IMG/VR virus record: IMGVR_UViG_3300020037_004263
DNA from: an uncultured virus (IMG/VR IMGVR_UViG_3300020037_004263)
Taxonomy: Duplodnaviria > Heunggongvirae > Uroviricota > Caudoviricetes
Reading direction: 5' to 3' (one strand)
DNA: 64,000 bases
The position numbers and the translations under genes are program-made. Of the stretch, positions 63,580-64,000 are shown in pieces. The notes beneath the pieces are model-generated. The model worked only from the letters and a program-made list of their open reading frames with translations. It was not told the origin of the DNA and searched no databases. The number at the start of each line of letters is the position of its first letter. Positions within the stretch are counted from its first letter, which is position 1.

Positions 63580-63861
63580 TCACAGATCGCTCCTCTCGGT
63601 CTTGACGAACCGGCCGCGGGTGTCGCGGTCGGTGAGCCGCTTCAGCTCCTGCCGGGTCGCTGCAAGGTTTCCTTGGACCGCCTCCAGACACGCGCCTAGT
63701 TCGTCCCGCTGGCTCCTGAGCTCGTCGATCTCGGCAAGCATGCTCTCGGCACTGGATCCGGCGAACAGGGCGCAGGTGAGGAAGCCGAGGCCGGCGCCGA
63801 TGAACAGTGAGACGGCGATGGTGATGATGAGGATGATTGGTGCATGTTCCACGTGGATCAA
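63580..63861 (-). CDS. Single-TM coiled-coil protein
   Basis: TM helix, heptads, terminal RDTRGRFVK; AAGGA RBS. Confidence 0.65.
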   Translation of the reverse strand: MIHVEHAPIILIITIAVSLFIGAGLGFLTCALFAGSSAESMLAEIDELRSQRDELGACLEAVQGNLAATRQELKRLTDRDTRGRFVKTERSDL

Positions 63862-63867
63862 TTCCTT

Positions 63868-64000
63868 TTATTGCCGCTGCACCACAGCACTGGTTTCCTT
63901 GGCGTCGGTCACCTTGGCGGGGTCGATGTCGCCGGGGCATTCGACCGCGACGGCCGACGCGGGGAGCCTGCCGGGTGTCGTGACCACGTCGGGCTCTATC
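63868..64000 (-). CDS. C-terminal fragment, probably of the lipoprotein that starts at 239
   Basis: ...IEPDVVTTPGRLPASAVAVECPGDIDPAKVTDAKETSAVVQRQ*; open to the window edge. Confidence 0.6.
   Translation of the reverse strand, partial: IEPDVVTTPGRLPASAVAVECPGDIDPAKVTDAKETSAVVQRQ

Overview
The window is almost the whole genome of a GC-rich tailed dsDNA phage, probably podovirus-like, with a likely alphaproteobacterial host (GapR/DUF2312 homologue, TonB-box-like motifs). Its first and last bases appear to be the two ends of one lipoprotein gene, so the window looks like a circle of just over 64 kb with a short piece missing. The + strand (5.6-45.0 kb) carries an AP2 protein, terS, terL, portal, a GroES-like chaperonin, capsid genes, tailspike and fibres, a lysis cassette (GH24 endolysin, Rz with nested Rz1), a tail hub and ejection proteins, with four free-standing endonuclease genes among them. 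The - strand (45-64 kb, continuing through 0-5.4 kb) carries an APSE-like replication module (primase-helicase, DUF2800 nuclease, DUF2815 SSB, PolA, VRR-NUC, SNF2 helicase), several DNA-modification or anti-defence genes, a Cro-like regulator, an integrase remnant and many small early genes. The most notable observations, all made by eye and unverified by search, are: (1) an SD-hairpin-UUU_C signal that would fuse an ejection protein to a start-less lytic transglycosylase by +1 frameshifting; (2) three TonB-box-like motifs in a glycine-rich ejection protein; (3) an Ig-like domain split around a 3.8 kb tailspike gene; (4) a repeated promoter/operator cassette, one copy of which precedes a small gene nested inside terS; (5) a two-frame, M.EcoHK31I-like cytosine methyltransferase. 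No CRISPR array, tRNA, rRNA or reverse transcriptase was seen.
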